Origin: Escherichia coli
Lineage (GTDB): Bacteria > Pseudomonadota > Gammaproteobacteria > Enterobacterales > Enterobacteriaceae
Assembly: GCF_003790525.1 (NCBI RefSeq)
Contig: NZ_CP033635.1
DNA: 64,000 nt
Direction: 5' to 3' (one strand)
Of this stretch, positions 1 to 14,472 are shown in pieces. The notes below the pieces were generated by a model. It had not been told where the DNA came from. It made no database searches and saw only the letters and a program-made list of their open reading frames with translations. The position numbers and the translations under genes were made by a program. Every line of letters begins with the position of its first letter. The stretch's first letter is position 1.

Positions 1-46
1 TCATCTCAAGATCGATCCAAATCAGGTTGTTTTCATTGGCACTCAT
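1..46 (-). CDS. orn: oligoribonuclease, first 15 codons only (gene runs off left edge)
   Basis: Reverse complement of 1-46 reads ATG AGT GCC AAT GAA AAC AAC CTG ATT TGG ATC GAT CTT GAG ATG = MSANENNLIWIDLEM, which I recognise as the Orn N-terminus. It is divergent from rsgA as in E. coli. Confidence 0.7.
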   Translation of the reverse strand, partial: MSANENNLIWIDLEM

Positions 47-140
47 GCTATTTTCCACCCATTCACAGTGACTATATTGATCCACAATTGCGTGTATCAT
101 AGATGTTTTGCCCATCAGGGGCGACCAGGAGTCTGTACGA

Positions 141-1193
141 TTGAGTAAAAATAAACTCTCCAAAGGCCAGCAGCGCCGCGTGAACGCCAATCACCAGCGT
201 CGTCTTAAAACGTCTAAGGAGAAGCCCGACTACGACGACAATCTGTTTGGCGAGCCTGATGAAGGTATCGTCATCAGCCGCTTTGGTATGCACGCTGATG
301 TGGAATCCGCAGATGGCGACGTTCACCGCTGCAATATTCGCCGTACCATCCGTTCGCTGGTGACCGGCGACCGCGTAGTCTGGCGTCCGGGTAAACCGGC
401 GGCGGAAGGCGTAAATGTCAAAGGGATCGTGGAAGCGGTGCATGAGCGCACTTCAGTGTTAACGCGCCCGGACTTCTACGATGGCGTGAAACCTATTGCC
501 GCCAACATCGACCAGATTGTCATTGTCTCCGCCATTTTGCCGGAGCTGTCGCTCAATATTATCGACCGTTACCTGGTGGCCTGCGAAACCTTGCAGATTG
601 AGCCGATTATTGTGCTCAACAAAATAGACCTGCTGGACGACGAAGGTATGAAGTTCGTCAACGAGCAGATGGACATCTACCGCAATATCGGTTATCGCGT
701 ATTGATGGTTTCCAGTCATACACAGGATGGGCTGAAACCGCTGGAAGAGGCGTTGACCGGGCGCATCAGCATTTTTGCCGGGCAGTCTGGCGTTGGCAAA
801 TCCAGCCTGCTGAACGCGTTGCTGGGGCTGCAAAAAGAGATCCTGACCAACGATGTCTCTGACAACTCGGGGCTTGGTCAGCACACCACGACCGCCGCTC
901 GGCTGTATCACTTCCCGCACGGCGGTGATGTGATTGACTCCCCAGGAGTGCGTGAGTTCGGCCTCTGGCACCTGGAGCCGGAACAAATCACTCAGGGCTT
1001 TGTCGAATTCCATGACTATTTAGGTCTGTGTAAATATCGCGATTGCAAACACGATACCGATCCGGGCTGCGCTATCCGGGAAGCGGTTGAGGAAGGGAAA
1101 ATCGCGGAAACCCGTTTCGAAAACTATCACCGTATTCTGGAAAGCATGGCGCAGGTAAAAACGCGTAAAAACTTTTCTGATACGGATGACTGA
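141..1193 (+). CDS. rsgA: ribosome small-subunit-dependent GTPase A (YjeQ)
   Basis: ORF 108-1193. The protein matches RsgA from (M)[22 protein letters not shown], giving 350 aa if started at the in-frame TTG at 141. It has a P-loop GQSGVGKSS and a C-terminal Zn cluster [14 protein letters not shown]. Confidence 0.9.
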   Translation: MSKNKLSKGQQRRVNANHQRRLKTSKEKPDYDDNLFGEPDEGIVISRFGMHADVESADGDVHRCNIRRTIRSLVTGDRVVWRPGKPAAEGVNVKGIVEAVHERTSVLTRPDFYDGVKPIAANIDQIVIVSAILPELSLNIIDRYLVACETLQIEPIIVLNKIDLLDDEGMKFVNEQMDIYRNIGYRVLMVSSHTQDGLKPLEEALTGRISIFAGQSGVGKSSLLNALLGLQKEILTNDVSDNSGLGQHTTTAARLYHFPHGGDVIDSPGVREFGLWHLEPEQITQGFVEFHDYLGLCKYRDCKHDTDPGCAIREAVEEGKIAETRFENYHRILESMAQVKTRKNFSDTDD

Positions 1194-1288
1194 CAATTAA
1201 GCTAACCGTCGTTAGAATCGTCCCCTTTTTTCAGGATCCGGCATGTAGGCCGGATCAGGAACGACAAAACAATGGCCTGGAGGCTACC

Positions 1289-2257
1289 TTGTTAAATTCA
1301 TTTAAACTTTCGCTACAGTACATTCTGCCGAAACTATGGCTTACTCGCCTGGCGGGTTGGGGCGCAAGCAAGCGGGCAGGATGGCTGACAAAACTGGTTA
1401 TCGATCTGTTCGTTAAATACTACAAGGTCGACATGAAAGAGGCGCAAAAGCCGGATACCGCCAGCTACCGCACCTTTAACGAATTCTTTGTCCGTCCGCT
1501 GCGTGACGAAGTACGCCCAATCGATACCGATCCGAATGTACTGGTTATGCCTGCCGATGGCGTTATCAGCCAGTTGGGTAAAATCGAAGAAGATAAAATC
1601 CTGCAAGCCAAAGGCCACAACTACAGCCTCGAAGCCCTGCTGGCAGGCAACTATCTGATGGCGGACCTGTTCCGCAACGGTACGTTTGTGACCACTTACC
1701 TCTCCCCGCGTGACTACCACCGCGTACACATGCCGTGCAACGGTATTCTGCGTGAGATGATCTACGTGCCGGGCGATCTCTTCTCCGTTAACCATCTCAC
1801 CGCTCAGAACGTGCCGAATCTGTTTGCCCGTAACGAACGCGTGATCTGCCTGTTCGATACCGAATTTGGCCCAATGGCGCAGATTCTGGTCGGGGCGACG
1901 ATTGTAGGCAGCATTGAGACGGTCTGGGCGGGCACCATTACGCCGCCGCGCGAAGGTATCATCAAGCGCTGGACCTGGCCTGCCGGGGAAAACGACGGTT
2001 CTGTGGCACTGCTGAAAGGCCAGGAAATGGGTCGCTTTAAACTCGGTTCCACCGTTATCAACCTGTTTGCACCGGGTAAAGTGAATCTGGTTGAGCAACT
2101 GGAAAGCCTGTCTGTCACGAAAATTGGCCAGCCGCTGGCAGTATCTACCGAAACCTTTGTTACGCCAGACGCTGAACCCGCCCCGCTTCCTGCTGAAGAG
2201 ATCGAAGCAGAACACGACGCCAGCCCATTGGTTGACGACAAAAAAGACCAGGTCTAA
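1289..2257 (+). CDS. psd: phosphatidylserine decarboxylase proenzyme
   Basis: 322-aa ORF with a TTG start, recognised as full-length Psd. It contains the LGST self-cleavage/pyruvoyl site ([11 protein letters not shown]). Confidence 0.95.
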
Positions 2258-2278
2258 TCCATCAAAGGAAACGCTGAC

Positions 2279-5200
2279 GTGCGCCTGATTATCACTTTTC
2301 TGATGGCCTGGTGCCTCAGTTGGGGGGCGTACGCCGCGACGGCCCCCGATAGCAAACAAATCTCACAAGAACTGGAGCAGGCAAAAGCGGCGAAACCCGC
2401 GCAACCGGAAGTCGTAGAGGCGCTCCAGTCTGCCTTAAATGCGCTTGAGGAACGGAAAGGTTCCCTTGAGCGCATCAAGCAATATCAAGAAGTCATTGAT
2501 AATTATCCGAAACTCTCCGCTACTCTGCGCGCGCAATTAAACAACATGCGTGACGAGCCGCGCAGCGTGTCACCGGGAATGTCTACCGACGCGCTGAATC
2601 AGGAAATTCTCCAGGTCAGCAGCCAGTTGCTGGATAAAAGCCGTCAGGCCCAGCAAGAGCAGGAACGCGCCCGCGAGATTGCCGATTCGCTGAATCAACT
2701 GCCGCAACAGCAAACCGATGCCCGCCGTCAGTTAAATGAAATCGAGCGCCGCCTGGGGACGCTTACCGGCAATTCCCCGCTCAATCAGGCACAAAATTTC
2801 GCGTTGCAGTCTGACTCCGCACGCCTGAAAGCGCTCGTCGATGAACTGGAACTGGCGCAGCTGTCCGCCAATAACCGCCAGGAATTAGCGCGCTTACGCT
2901 CAGAGCTGGCGGAAAAAGAGAGCCAGCAACTGGATGCATATTTGCAGGCCTTACGTAATCAGTTGAACAGCCAACGTCAGCTTGAGGCGGAGCGGGCGCT
3001 GGAAAGTACCGAATTACTGGCAGAAAACAGTGCCGATTTGCCGAAAGATATCGTCGCGCAATTCAAAATTAACCGCGAACTATCGGCAGCGCTGAATCAA
3101 CAGGCGCAGCGGATGGATCTCGTTGCCTCGCAACAGCGTCAGGCTGCCAGCCAGACGTTACAGGTCCGGCAGGCGTTGAATACGCTGCGTGAACAGTCGC
3201 AATGGCTGGGCTCGTCCAACCTGCTCGGCGAAGCGTTGCGGGCGCAGGTGGCACGGCTGCCGGAAATGCCAAAACCACAACAGCTTGATACCGAAATGGC
3301 GCAGTTGCGTGTGCAACGGTTACGTTATGAGGATCTGCTTAATAAACAGCCGCAGCTAAGGCAAATTCATCAGGCCGACGGTCAGCCGCTGACCGCCGAG
3401 CAAAACCGTATTCTGGAAGCACAGCTACGCACTCAGCGTGAGTTGCTGAACTCATTGTTGCAGGGTGGCGACACGCTACTACTGGAACTGACCAAGCTGA
3501 AAGTCTCCAACGGGCAACTGGAGGATGCGCTGAAAGAGGTGAATGAAGCGACGCACCGCTATCTGTTCTGGACCTCTGACGTGCGCCCGATGACCATCGC
3601 CTGGCCGCTGGAAATCGCCCAGGATCTGCGTCGTCTCATTTCGCTGGACACCTTCAGTCAGTTGGGCAAAGCCAGTGTGATGATGCTGACCAGTAAAGAG
3701 ACAATTTTACCGCTGTTTGGCGCGTTGATTCTGGTCGGTTGCAGTATTTACTCACGCCGCTATTTCACCCGTTTTCTTGAACGTTCGGCGGCGAAAGTCG
3801 GCAAAGTGACTCAGGATCACTTCTGGCTGACGTTACGCACTCTTTTCTGGTCGATTCTCGTCGCGTCACCGCTACCGGTGCTGTGGATGACGCTGGGTTA
3901 CGGCTTGCGCGAGGCGTGGCCTTATCCGCTGGCGGTCGCGATTGGCGATGGTGTAACGGCCACCGTGCCGCTGCTGTGGGTAGTGATGATTTGCGCTACC
4001 TTTGCCCGCCCGAACGGCTTGTTTATCGCTCATTTTGGCTGGCCGCGCGAACGCGTTTCCCGTGGGATGCGCTACTACCTGATGAGCATCGGGCTTATTG
4101 TGCCACTGATTATGGCGCTGATGATGTTCGATAACCTCGACGACCGCGAATTTTCCGGTTCGCTGGGACGGCTTTGCTTTATCCTCATTTGCGGTGCGCT
4201 GGCGGTGGTCACCCTCAGCCTGAAAAAGGCCGGGATCCCGCTGTATCTCAACAAAGAAGGCAGCGGCGACAACATTACCAACCATATGCTGTGGAACATG
4301 ATGATTAGCGCACCGCTGGTCGCTATTCTGGCGTCGGCGGTGGGTTATCTGGCAACGGCGCAGGCACTGTTAGCGAGGCTTGAAACCTCGGTTGCCATCT
4401 GGTTCCTGCTACTGGTGGTTTATCACGTTATCCGCCGCTGGATGCTGATCCAGCGCCGCAGGCTGGCGTTTGACCGGGCGAAGCATCGCCGGGCAGAGAT
4501 GTTAGCGCAACGTGCGCGTGGCGAAGAGGAAGCGCATCATCACAGTAGCCCGGAAGGAGCAATTGAAGTCGATGAAAGCGAAGTCGATCTCGATGCCATC
4601 AGTGCGCAATCCTTGCGGCTGGTGCGCTCAATTTTGATGTTGATCGCCCTGCTTTCGGTCATTGTGCTGTGGTCAGAAATCCATTCCGCTTTCGGCTTCC
4701 TCGAAAATATTTCGCTGTGGGATGTCACTTCCACGGTACAGGGCGTAGAAAGCCTGGAGCCGATTACCCTCGGTGCGGTACTGATTGCCATTCTGGTGTT
4801 TATCATCACCACGCAGCTGGTGCGCAACCTGCCCGCGCTGCTGGAACTGGCGATTCTGCAGCACCTGGATTTAACGCCGGGTACGGGCTACGCCATCACC
4901 ACCATCACCAAATATCTGCTGATGCTGATTGGCGGGCTGGTCGGCTTCTCGATGATTGGTATTGAGTGGTCGAAATTGCAGTGGCTGGTCGCCGCGCTCG
5001 GTGTTGGTCTCGGTTTTGGTTTGCAGGAAATTTTCGCCAACTTTATCTCTGGCCTGATTATCCTGTTCGAAAAACCGATTCGCATTGGCGATACGGTAAC
5101 GATCCGCGATCTTACCGGTAGTGTGACGAAAATTAACACCCGCGCCACCACCATCAGCGACTGGGACCGCAAAGAAATTATCGTGCCGAACAAGGCGTTT

Positions 5201-5602
5201 ATTACCGAGCAGTTTATCAACTGGTCGCTCTCTGACTCGGTCACGCGCGTGGTGTTGACGATTCCGGCCCCTGCCGATGCCAACAGTGAAGAAGTGACGG
5301 AAATCCTGCTCACCGCAGCGCGTCGCTGCTCGCTGGTGATCGACAACCCGGCACCGGAAGTCTTCCTGGTGGATCTGCAACAGGGGATTCAGATTTTCGA
5401 GCTGCGTATTTACGCCGCAGAAATGGGTCACCGCATGCCGCTACGCCATGAGATTCACCAGCTAATTCTGGCAGGCTTCCATGCCCACGGTATCGATATG
5501 CCATTCCCGCCCTTCCAGATGCGTCTGGAAAGCCTGAATGGTAAACAAACGGGGAGAACATTAACTTCTGCGGGCAAAGGTCGTCAGGCGGGAAGTTTGT
5601 AA
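2279..5602 (+). CDS. mscM: miniconductance mechanosensitive channel MscM (YjeP)
   Basis: 1107-aa ORF with a GTG start. It has a signal peptide, a long Q/L-rich coiled-coil periplasmic region, multiple TM helices and a C-terminal MscS-type domain (GLGFGLQEIFANFISGLIILFEKPIRIGD). Confidence 0.9.
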   Translation: MRLIITFLMAWCLSWGAYAATAPDSKQISQELEQAKAAKPAQPEVVEALQSALNALEERKGSLERIKQYQEVIDNYPKLSATLRAQLNNMRDEPRSVSPGMSTDALNQEILQVSSQLLDKSRQAQQEQERAREIADSLNQLPQQQTDARRQLNEIERRLGTLTGNSPLNQAQNFALQSDSARLKALVDELELAQLSANNRQELARLRSELAEKESQQLDAYLQALRNQLNSQRQLEAERALESTELLAENSADLPKDIVAQFKINRELSAALNQQAQRMDLVASQQRQAASQTLQVRQALNTLREQSQWLGSSNLLGEALRAQVARLPEMPKPQQLDTEMAQLRVQRLRYEDLLNKQPQLRQIHQADGQPLTAEQNRILEAQLRTQRELLNSLLQGGDTLLLELTKLKVSNGQLEDALKEVNEATHRYLFWTSDVRPMTIAWPLEIAQDLRRLISLDTFSQLGKASVMMLTSKETILPLFGALILVGCSIYSRRYFTRFLERSAAKVGKVTQDHFWLTLRTLFWSILVASPLPVLWMTLGYGLREAWPYPLAVAIGDGVTATVPLLWVVMICATFARPNGLFIAHFGWPRERVSRGMRYYLMSIGLIVPLIMALMMFDNLDDREFSGSLGRLCFILICGALAVVTLSLKKAGIPLYLNKEGSGDNITNHMLWNMMISAPLVAILASAVGYLATAQALLARLETSVAIWFLLLVVYHVIRRWMLIQRRRLAFDRAKHRRAEMLAQRARGEEEAHHHSSPEGAIEVDESEVDLDAISAQSLRLVRSILMLIALLSVIVLWSEIHSAFGFLENISLWDVTSTVQGVESLEPITLGAVLIAILVFIITTQLVRNLPALLELAILQHLDLTPGTGYAITTITKYLLMLIGGLVGFSMIGIEWSKLQWLVAALGVGLGFGLQEIFANFISGLIILFEKPIRIGDTVTIRDLTGSVTKINTRATTISDWDRKEIIVPNKAFITEQFINWSLSDSVTRVVLTIPAPADANSEEVTEILLTAARRCSLVIDNPAPEVFLVDLQQGIQIFELRIYAAEMGHRMPLRHEIHQLILAGFHAHGIDMPFPPFQMRLESLNGKQTGRTLTSAGKGRQAGSL

Positions 5603-5612
5603 GGTCTTTGTG

Positions 5613-5632
5613 GCCGGATGAACCCATCCGGC
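5613..5632. terminator. shared hairpin between convergent mscM and yjeO
   Basis: gccggatg-aacc-catccggc is a perfect 8-bp stem lying directly between the two convergent stop codons. It is REP-like and has no strong T-run. Confidence 0.45.
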
Positions 5633-5947
5633 TTATAAGCAAAACTGATAGCGCAGAAAAAACTGCCACAGCCAATAGCCGAAAATAGCCAGCGCGGTGG
5701 CGTACATAAACCAGCCGCGTTTTTTTCGCCACAAAGCGAACCAGAGAAAAGGGAAAAAGAGCGGTAACGTCATTATCACACCGACATCACGGGTATCGTC
5801 ATCTTCGAGATACATCAGCACATCGCAGACGTTATTAATCCCGCGTCCATCAATCATCCACTCTTTGTCCAGCGCGGAAGTGATGGTTATCCAGAGGAAC
5901 GCCACAATAAACCAGATGCAGCACAAGATAAACATGCGCGCACTCAT
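5633..5947 (-). CDS. yjeO: small inner-membrane protein YjeO
   Basis: 104-aa hydrophobic ORF, with synteny and size as K-12 yjeO. Confidence 0.8.
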   Translation of the reverse strand: MSARMFILCCIWFIVAFLWITITSALDKEWMIDGRGINNVCDVLMYLEDDDTRDVGVIMTLPLFFPFLWFALWRKKRGWFMYATALAIFGYWLWQFFLRYQFCL

Positions 5948-6258
5948 GAGATAATCGGTCGCTTAATTTCGCTATAGCGCATACGAAACAAATCGCCGTA
6001 TCCCACTAATTCTCCGCGAAAAACCAGACATCTAATAAGATAAGCGCAATAGATATCCGGCAGGTTTCCCCACCGCGGACCATCGCGCTCTTTGAGGGTA
6101 TTAATAGTGTTACCCACCACCATCGCTACTTTGCGGGTGTGGCGGGTATCGACAAAAGAGAGGACCGTTTGCTCTATTTCCGCCACATCCCCGGCAGAAA
6201 AGTGCAGCTCCCTGATTTCATCTTCGGTTATCACTGGATCCCGACTAGCGTCGTCCAT
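5944..6258 (-). CDS. yjeN: uncharacterised protein YjeN
   Basis: ORF 5944-6279. The internal ATG (MDDASRDPV...) gives 104 aa and is preceded by AGGAAG at good spacing. The gene overlaps the yjeO start by 4 nt. Confidence 0.7.
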   Translation of the reverse strand: MDDASRDPVITEDEIRELHFSAGDVAEIEQTVLSFVDTRHTRKVAMVVGNTINTLKERDGPRWGNLPDIYCAYLIRCLVFRGELVGYGDLFRMRYSEIKRPIIS

Positions 6259-6320
6259 AACGTCTTCCTTTCCAGACAACTCATCGCCGGAGAGACGATG
6301 AGTTGCAGGATTTCATATGA

Positions 6321-7823
6321 TCAGTCGAGAGCTAACTCAGGTTTGTTCGCCATGCGACTGCAATAGTTCTGGTAAATCGCCATCGCTAACAGCGAGAAGA
6401 AGACAGGGCCGCCAATCATCCACAATGTGCTGTCCCAGTCTCCAGCTTCAACCACAGGTTGAATGATGGTGAAGACGTTCGCAAATGTCACCACCAGTAC
6501 GACAACCACTGTTGCAATCATTGCCGACATATGCGTTTTGAAAATCACAAACGGTCTGTCGAGATCCTGACGTGCTTTAAAAAATGGGAAAGCCAGCGCG
6601 AGGAACAGGTAAGGAAGCGTCATAGACACGTTCGCCATCAGCGTCAGCTTGTTAAAGAACGCCGATGCGGTACCGCCACCAAACGAAACCAGCAGAATGA
6701 AGATAGTAACCAACCCGCACTGCATCCACATGGCAATAGACGGCATCCCCATCGTATTCAGGCGCGTCATCGGTTCCGGCCACAATGCTTTCGGCGTTCC
6801 CTGGATGATGGCTTTCAGCGGTGAATAGCAAAGCGTAAAGAACGCACCGGTATAAGCGAGGAACATCGACAGTCCGGTAATACGCGCAAACCATACGCCC
6901 AGCGACAATGACGCTTCAGGTGAAAAATGCAGTGCGTTACCCAGCGTCACCCCGAGGCTCTTCATCAGCACATAGGTAATATTGCCGAGGTTAACGGAAC
7001 CATTACTTAATACCTGCTGCCAGTTTGTGCTGACGCCCCATAAAAATATTGCCAGCGAATAACCGATTGAAATAACAATAGCGGCAAAAACAATACCTTT
7101 GGCAAAGTTCTTTTCTGGATTTTCCGTTTTATCGACCAGACCACCCACCGCTTCAATTCCGCCATAGGCAAAAATAGCAAATACCACAAACGATAGCATT
7201 GCCAGACCGGACTGATAACCTGGGTTCGGTGATGCAAGGAAATTAATATCCTGCGCGAAATGCCCACCATTTAATAACAAAATAGTAATGCTTACTAACA
7301 GCAATACTAAATTCAGACACATTACTGCAATACCGCCCACCGCAGTAATGCGGGCAATTTTATTAATCCCCTTTGAAGCAACGACGGTGACCAGAATCAT
7401 CCATGCCACTGCCAGCAGACCAACCACCTGCGTAGGCTCCAGTCCGGCAATACGCCAGTGCTGGGTCATGTCGCTACCATAGAGGAATGTTGAGAACGGT
7501 ACCCAAACTTTCGCTGAGGTACTCACCATCCAGATGATATAAGAGGAAAACCACATAAATGTACCAATGAAGGCAAAACGTGGTCCGACACTATTATTCA
7601 TCCAGGAATAGATACCACCTTCTTCTTTGCGATAAGCCGCTCCCATTTCAGCCATCATTAAGGCGAATGGAATAAAGAATAACAATGCAGAAAATATATA
7701 AAAGGGAATCGCACTATAACCCATTAAGTAATAAGCCGATGGGCTATTGGCAAATCCAAATACGGAAGTAAAGATCATCAATATGAGTCCTATCAGACTC
7801 ATCTTTTTTATCGTGTGAGGCAT
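6321..7823 (-). CDS. yjeM: APC-superfamily amino-acid/polyamine transporter YjeM
   Basis: ORF 6321-7865 (514 aa) with about 12 TM helices. The start at MPHTIKKMSLIG... gives 500 aa and has an AAGGA RBS. Synteny supports the call. Confidence 0.85.
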   Translation of the reverse strand: MPHTIKKMSLIGLILMIFTSVFGFANSPSAYYLMGYSAIPFYIFSALLFFIPFALMMAEMGAAYRKEEGGIYSWMNNSVGPRFAFIGTFMWFSSYIIWMVSTSAKVWVPFSTFLYGSDMTQHWRIAGLEPTQVVGLLAVAWMILVTVVASKGINKIARITAVGGIAVMCLNLVLLLVSITILLLNGGHFAQDINFLASPNPGYQSGLAMLSFVVFAIFAYGGIEAVGGLVDKTENPEKNFAKGIVFAAIVISIGYSLAIFLWGVSTNWQQVLSNGSVNLGNITYVLMKSLGVTLGNALHFSPEASLSLGVWFARITGLSMFLAYTGAFFTLCYSPLKAIIQGTPKALWPEPMTRLNTMGMPSIAMWMQCGLVTIFILLVSFGGGTASAFFNKLTLMANVSMTLPYLFLALAFPFFKARQDLDRPFVIFKTHMSAMIATVVVVLVVTFANVFTIIQPVVEAGDWDSTLWMIGGPVFFSLLAMAIYQNYCSRMANKPELALD

Positions 7824-8041
7824 GAAACCATCCTTCATTTCAGCGCGTGTATAAAACGCGCCCACTGAACTGCACTGCCCAACATTGAGCGGGCAGCGTA
7901 AAAACCAATACAGAATTGATACCTGGATGATATCAAATATCCAGTCTTAAATTGTGGCCTTTAGCGGAAAAATGAAAACATATGCTACAGAATGGCGCTT
8001 ATCACGCCATTCTTCGCGGTTAATTCAGTAATTTTTCAGAA

Positions 8042-9019
8042 TTATGCCCGGTCAACGCTAAAGGCGATGACTTCAGCCAGTGTCTCCGCGCCCAGCGCCA
8101 ACATCACCAGACGATCAACGCCTAATGCCACGCCGGAACAGTCAGGCATACCGACTTTCAAGGCTTCAATCAGATTCTGGTCAATGGGGTGCTGCGGCAA
8201 ACCGCGCGCCGCGCGCTTACGGTTATCTTGTTCAAAGCGTTGTTGCTGCTCACGGGCATCCGTCAATTCATGGAAACCATTCGCCAGCTCAATACCTTTA
8301 TAATAAACCTCAAAGCGTTCAGCGACCCGATGATCTTCGGTACTGATTTGCGCCAGTGATGCCTGGCTGGCTGGAAAGTGGTACACAAAGGTCGGTTTTT
8401 CTTTGCCAATATTTGGCTCTACGCCAAAGGTAAACAGCAATTGTAGCAACGTGTCGCGGTCTTCTTCGGTATCTGCAACGTTGCTCAAATCCAGTTTCGC
8501 TGCCACTTCCCGCAGTTGCGTTTTGTCGGCAGAGAGCGGGTCAATTTCCAGATAACGCAAGAAAGCTTGTTGATAAGAAAGGCTTTCTGCTGCCGGGCAG
8601 TCCAGCACTTGTTGTAAGAGATCGTCCACCTCGTTCATCAACCGGTACATATCATAGTGCGGTCGATACCACTCAAGCATAGTGAACTCAGGGTTGTGAT
8701 AACGCCCCATCTCTTCATTACGGAAGCTGCGGCACAGCTGGAATACCGGCCCACAACCAGCAACCAGCAGGCGTTTCATATGGTATTCAGGGCTGGTCAT
8801 TAACCAGAGATTCATCCCCTGCGAATGCCCGGGGCCAACGAAACGTGTCTCAAACGGGACCAAATGAATATCGGTTACCGTCGCCTGGCTCATACAAGGC
8901 GTCTCCACCTCCAGCACTCCACGATCGGCAAAGAAACGACGGATCTCCGCCATAATCGCCGCGCGTTTTAATAAGTTAGGAATGGATGCGCTCGGCTGCC
9001 AGGATGCCGTTTCGCTCAT
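8042..9019 (-). CDS. epmA: EF-P lysine-34 lysyltransferase (LysRS class II paralogue; PoxA/GenX)
   Basis: ORF 8042-9064. The protein from [23 protein letters not shown]... is 325 aa and has the class II aaRS core ([20 protein letters not shown]). Confidence 0.9.
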   Translation of the reverse strand: MSETASWQPSASIPNLLKRAAIMAEIRRFFADRGVLEVETPCMSQATVTDIHLVPFETRFVGPGHSQGMNLWLMTSPEYHMKRLLVAGCGPVFQLCRSFRNEEMGRYHNPEFTMLEWYRPHYDMYRLMNEVDDLLQQVLDCPAAESLSYQQAFLRYLEIDPLSADKTQLREVAAKLDLSNVADTEEDRDTLLQLLFTFGVEPNIGKEKPTFVYHFPASQASLAQISTEDHRVAERFEVYYKGIELANGFHELTDAREQQQRFEQDNRKRAARGLPQHPIDQNLIEALKVGMPDCSGVALGVDRLVMLALGAETLAEVIAFSVDRA

Positions 9020-9196
9020 AGTTAAATCTCCAGTTTTTGACAAGGGCACGAAGTCTACTCGCAACGCGACGGCGAGACAAATTTTACGCAGGAATCAAAC
9101 AACGGTGGGCAGTGACTAAAAAAAGCACGATCTGATGGTTTAGTAATTAAATTAATCATCTTCAGTGATAATTTAGCCCTCTTGCGCACTAAAAAA

Positions 9197-9238
9197 ATCG
9201 ATCTCGTCAAATTTCAGACTTATCCATCAGACTATACT
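9197..9238 (+). promoter_or_regulatory. frd promoter region: FNR-type half-site palindrome plus -10 TATACT
   Basis: aaaaATCGATctcgTCAAAttt resembles the TTGAT-N4-ATCAA FNR box I remember for frdA. TATACT lies about 25 nt downstream. The site is about 105-150 nt upstream of the frdA GTG. Confidence 0.45.
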
Positions 9239-9343
9239 GTTGTACCTATAAAGGAGCAGTGGAATAGCGTTCGCAGACCGTAACTTTCAGGCACTTACCC
9301 TGAAGTACGGGGCTGTGGGATAAAAACAATCTGGAGGAATGTC

Positions 9344-11144
9344 GTGCAAACCTTTCAAGCCGATCTTGCCATTGTAGGCGCCGGTGGCGCGGGATTACGT
9401 GCTGCAATTGCTGCCGCGCAGGCAAATCCAAATGCAAAAATCGCACTAATCTCAAAAGTATACCCGATGCGTAGCCATACCGTTGCTGCAGAAGGGGGCT
9501 CCGCCGCTGTCGCGCAGGATCATGACAGCTTCGAATATCACTTTCACGATACAGTAGCGGGTGGCGACTGGTTGTGTGAGCAGGATGTCGTGGATTATTT
9601 CGTCCACCACTGCCCAACCGAAATGACCCAACTGGAACTGTGGGGATGCCCATGGAGCCGTCGCCCGGATGGTAGCGTCAACGTACGTCGCTTCGGCGGC
9701 ATGAAAATCGAGCGTACCTGGTTCGCCGCCGATAAGACCGGCTTCCATATGCTGCACACGCTGTTCCAGACCTCTCTGCAATTCCCGCAGATCCAGCGTT
9801 TTGACGAACATTTCGTGCTGGATATTCTGGTTGATGATGGTCATGTTCGCGGCCTGGTAGCAATGAACATGATGGAAGGCACGCTGGTGCAGATCCGTGC
9901 TAACGCGGTCGTTATGGCTACCGGCGGTGCGGGTCGCGTTTATCGTTACAACACCAACGGCGGCATCGTTACCGGTGACGGTATGGGTATGGCGCTAAGC
10001 CACGGCGTTCCGCTGCGTGACATGGAATTCGTTCAGTATCACCCAACCGGTCTACCAGGTTCCGGTATCCTGATGACCGAAGGCTGCCGCGGTGAAGGTG
10101 GTATTCTGGTCAACAAAAATGGCTACCGTTATCTGCAAGATTACGGCATGGGCCCGGAAACTCCGCTGGGCGAGCCGAAAAACAAATATATGGAACTGGG
10201 TCCACGCGACAAAGTTTCTCAGGCCTTCTGGCACGAATGGCGTAAAGGCAACACCATCTCCACGCCACGTGGCGATGTGGTTTATCTCGACCTGCGTCAC
10301 CTCGGCGAGAAAAAACTGCATGAACGTCTGCCGTTCATCTGCGAACTGGCGAAAGCGTACGTTGGCGTCGATCCGGTTAAAGAACCGATTCCGGTACGTC
10401 CGACCGCACACTACACCATGGGTGGTATCGAAACCGATCAGAACTGTGAAACCCGCATTAAAGGTCTGTTCGCCGTGGGTGAATGTTCCTCTGTTGGTCT
10501 GCACGGTGCGAACCGTCTGGGCTCCAACTCGCTGGCGGAACTGGTGGTCTTCGGTCGTCTGGCCGGTGAGCAAGCTATGGAACGCGCATCTACTGCCGGT
10601 AATGGCAACGATGCAGCAATCAATGCTCAGGTTGCTGGCGTTGAACAGCGCCTGAAAGATCTGGTTAACCAGGATGGCGGCGAAAACTGGGCTAAGATCC
10701 GCGACGAAATGGGCATGGCCATGGAAGAAGGCTGCGGTATCTACCGTACGCCAGAACTGATGCAGAAAACCATCGACAAGCTGGCAGAATTGCAGGAACG
10801 CTTCAAGCGCGTGCGCATCACCGACACTTCCAGCGTGTTCAACACCGACCTGCTCTACACCATTGAACTGGGTCACGGTCTGAACGTTGCTGAATGTATG
10901 GCGCACTCCGCAATGGCACGTAAAGAGTCTCGCGGCGCGCACCAGCGTCTGGACGAAGGTTGCACCGAGCGTGACGACGTCAACTTCCTCAAACACACCC
11001 TCGCCTTCCGCGATGCTGATGGCACGACTCGCCTGGAGTACAGCGACGTGAAGATTACTACGCTGCCGCCAGCTAAACGCGTTTACGGTGGCGAAGCGGA
11101 TGCAGCCGATAAGGCGGAAGCAGCCAATAAGAAGGAGAAGGCGA

Positions 11145-11152
<8 letters not shown>
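9344..11152 (+). CDS. frdA: fumarate reductase flavoprotein subunit
   Basis: 602 aa with a GTG start. It has the FAD dinucleotide fold [13 protein letters not shown] and the histidyl-FAD region SHTVAAEGG. Confidence 0.97.
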
Positions 11153-12285
<1,133 letters not shown>

Positions 12286-12295
12286 GGAGCCTGAG

Positions 12296-13851
<1,556 letters not shown>

Positions 13852-13860
13852 AATTTCATC

Positions 13861-13886
13861 GGGTCCGAATTTTCGGACCTTTTCTC
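13861..13886 (+). terminator. rho-independent terminator after ampC
   Basis: ggtccgaa-ttt-tcggacc followed by TTTTCT. Confidence 0.65.
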
Positions 13887-13938
13887 CGCTTTTCCTTGCT
13901 GTCATCTACACTTAGAAAAAACCAGTAAGGAAACATTT

Positions 13939-14472
13939 ATGCGCCTGCTCCCTCTCGTTGCCGCAGCGACAGCTGCATTTCTGGTCGTTGCCTGCAGTTC
14001 TCCTACGCCGCCGCGTGGCGTGACCGTAGTGAATAATTTCGACGCTAAACGCTATCTCGGCACCTGGTATGAGATTGCCCGTTTTGATCACCGCTTTGAA
14101 CGTGGACTGGAAAAAGTCACCGCAACATACAGCCTGCGGGATGACGGCGGCCTGAATGTCATTAATAAAGGCTATAACCCTGACAGAGGAATGTGGCAGC
14201 AGAGTGAAGGGAAAGCGTACTTTACCGGCGCACCAACTCGCGCTGCGCTGAAAGTGTCATTCTTTGGTCCTTTCTATGGCGGTTATAACGTTATTGCACT
14301 CGATCGGGAATACCGCCATGCGCTGGTTTGCGGCCCGGACCGCGACTACCTGTGGATACTCTCTCGCACGCCAACCATTTCTGACGAAGTGAAACAGGAG
14401 ATGCTGGCAGTCGCGACCCGGGAAGGGTTTGATGTCAGTAAGTTTATTTGGGTACAGCAGCCCGGTAGTTAG
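13939..14472 (+). CDS. blc: outer-membrane lipoprotein Blc (bacterial lipocalin)
   Basis: 177 aa with lipobox LVVAC, and the lipocalin motif GTWYEIAR. Confidence 0.93.
   Translation: MRLLPLVAAATAAFLVVACSSPTPPRGVTVVNNFDAKRYLGTWYEIARFDHRFERGLEKVTATYSLRDDGGLNVINKGYNPDRGMWQQSEGKAYFTGAPTRAALKVSFFGPFYGGYNVIALDREYRHALVCGPDRDYLWILSRTPTISDEVKQEMLAVATREGFDVSKFIWVQQPGS

Noticed and set aside
1334-2359. 341-aa ORF antisense to psd. Similar long antisense ORFs lie in frdA (10052-10996), dcuA (25009-25794), efp (15359-15913) and hsdR (55723-56355).
   Set aside because: All lie opposite confidently identified genes. They lack start-site context and encode Arg/His/Gln-rich nonsense typical of antisense frames.
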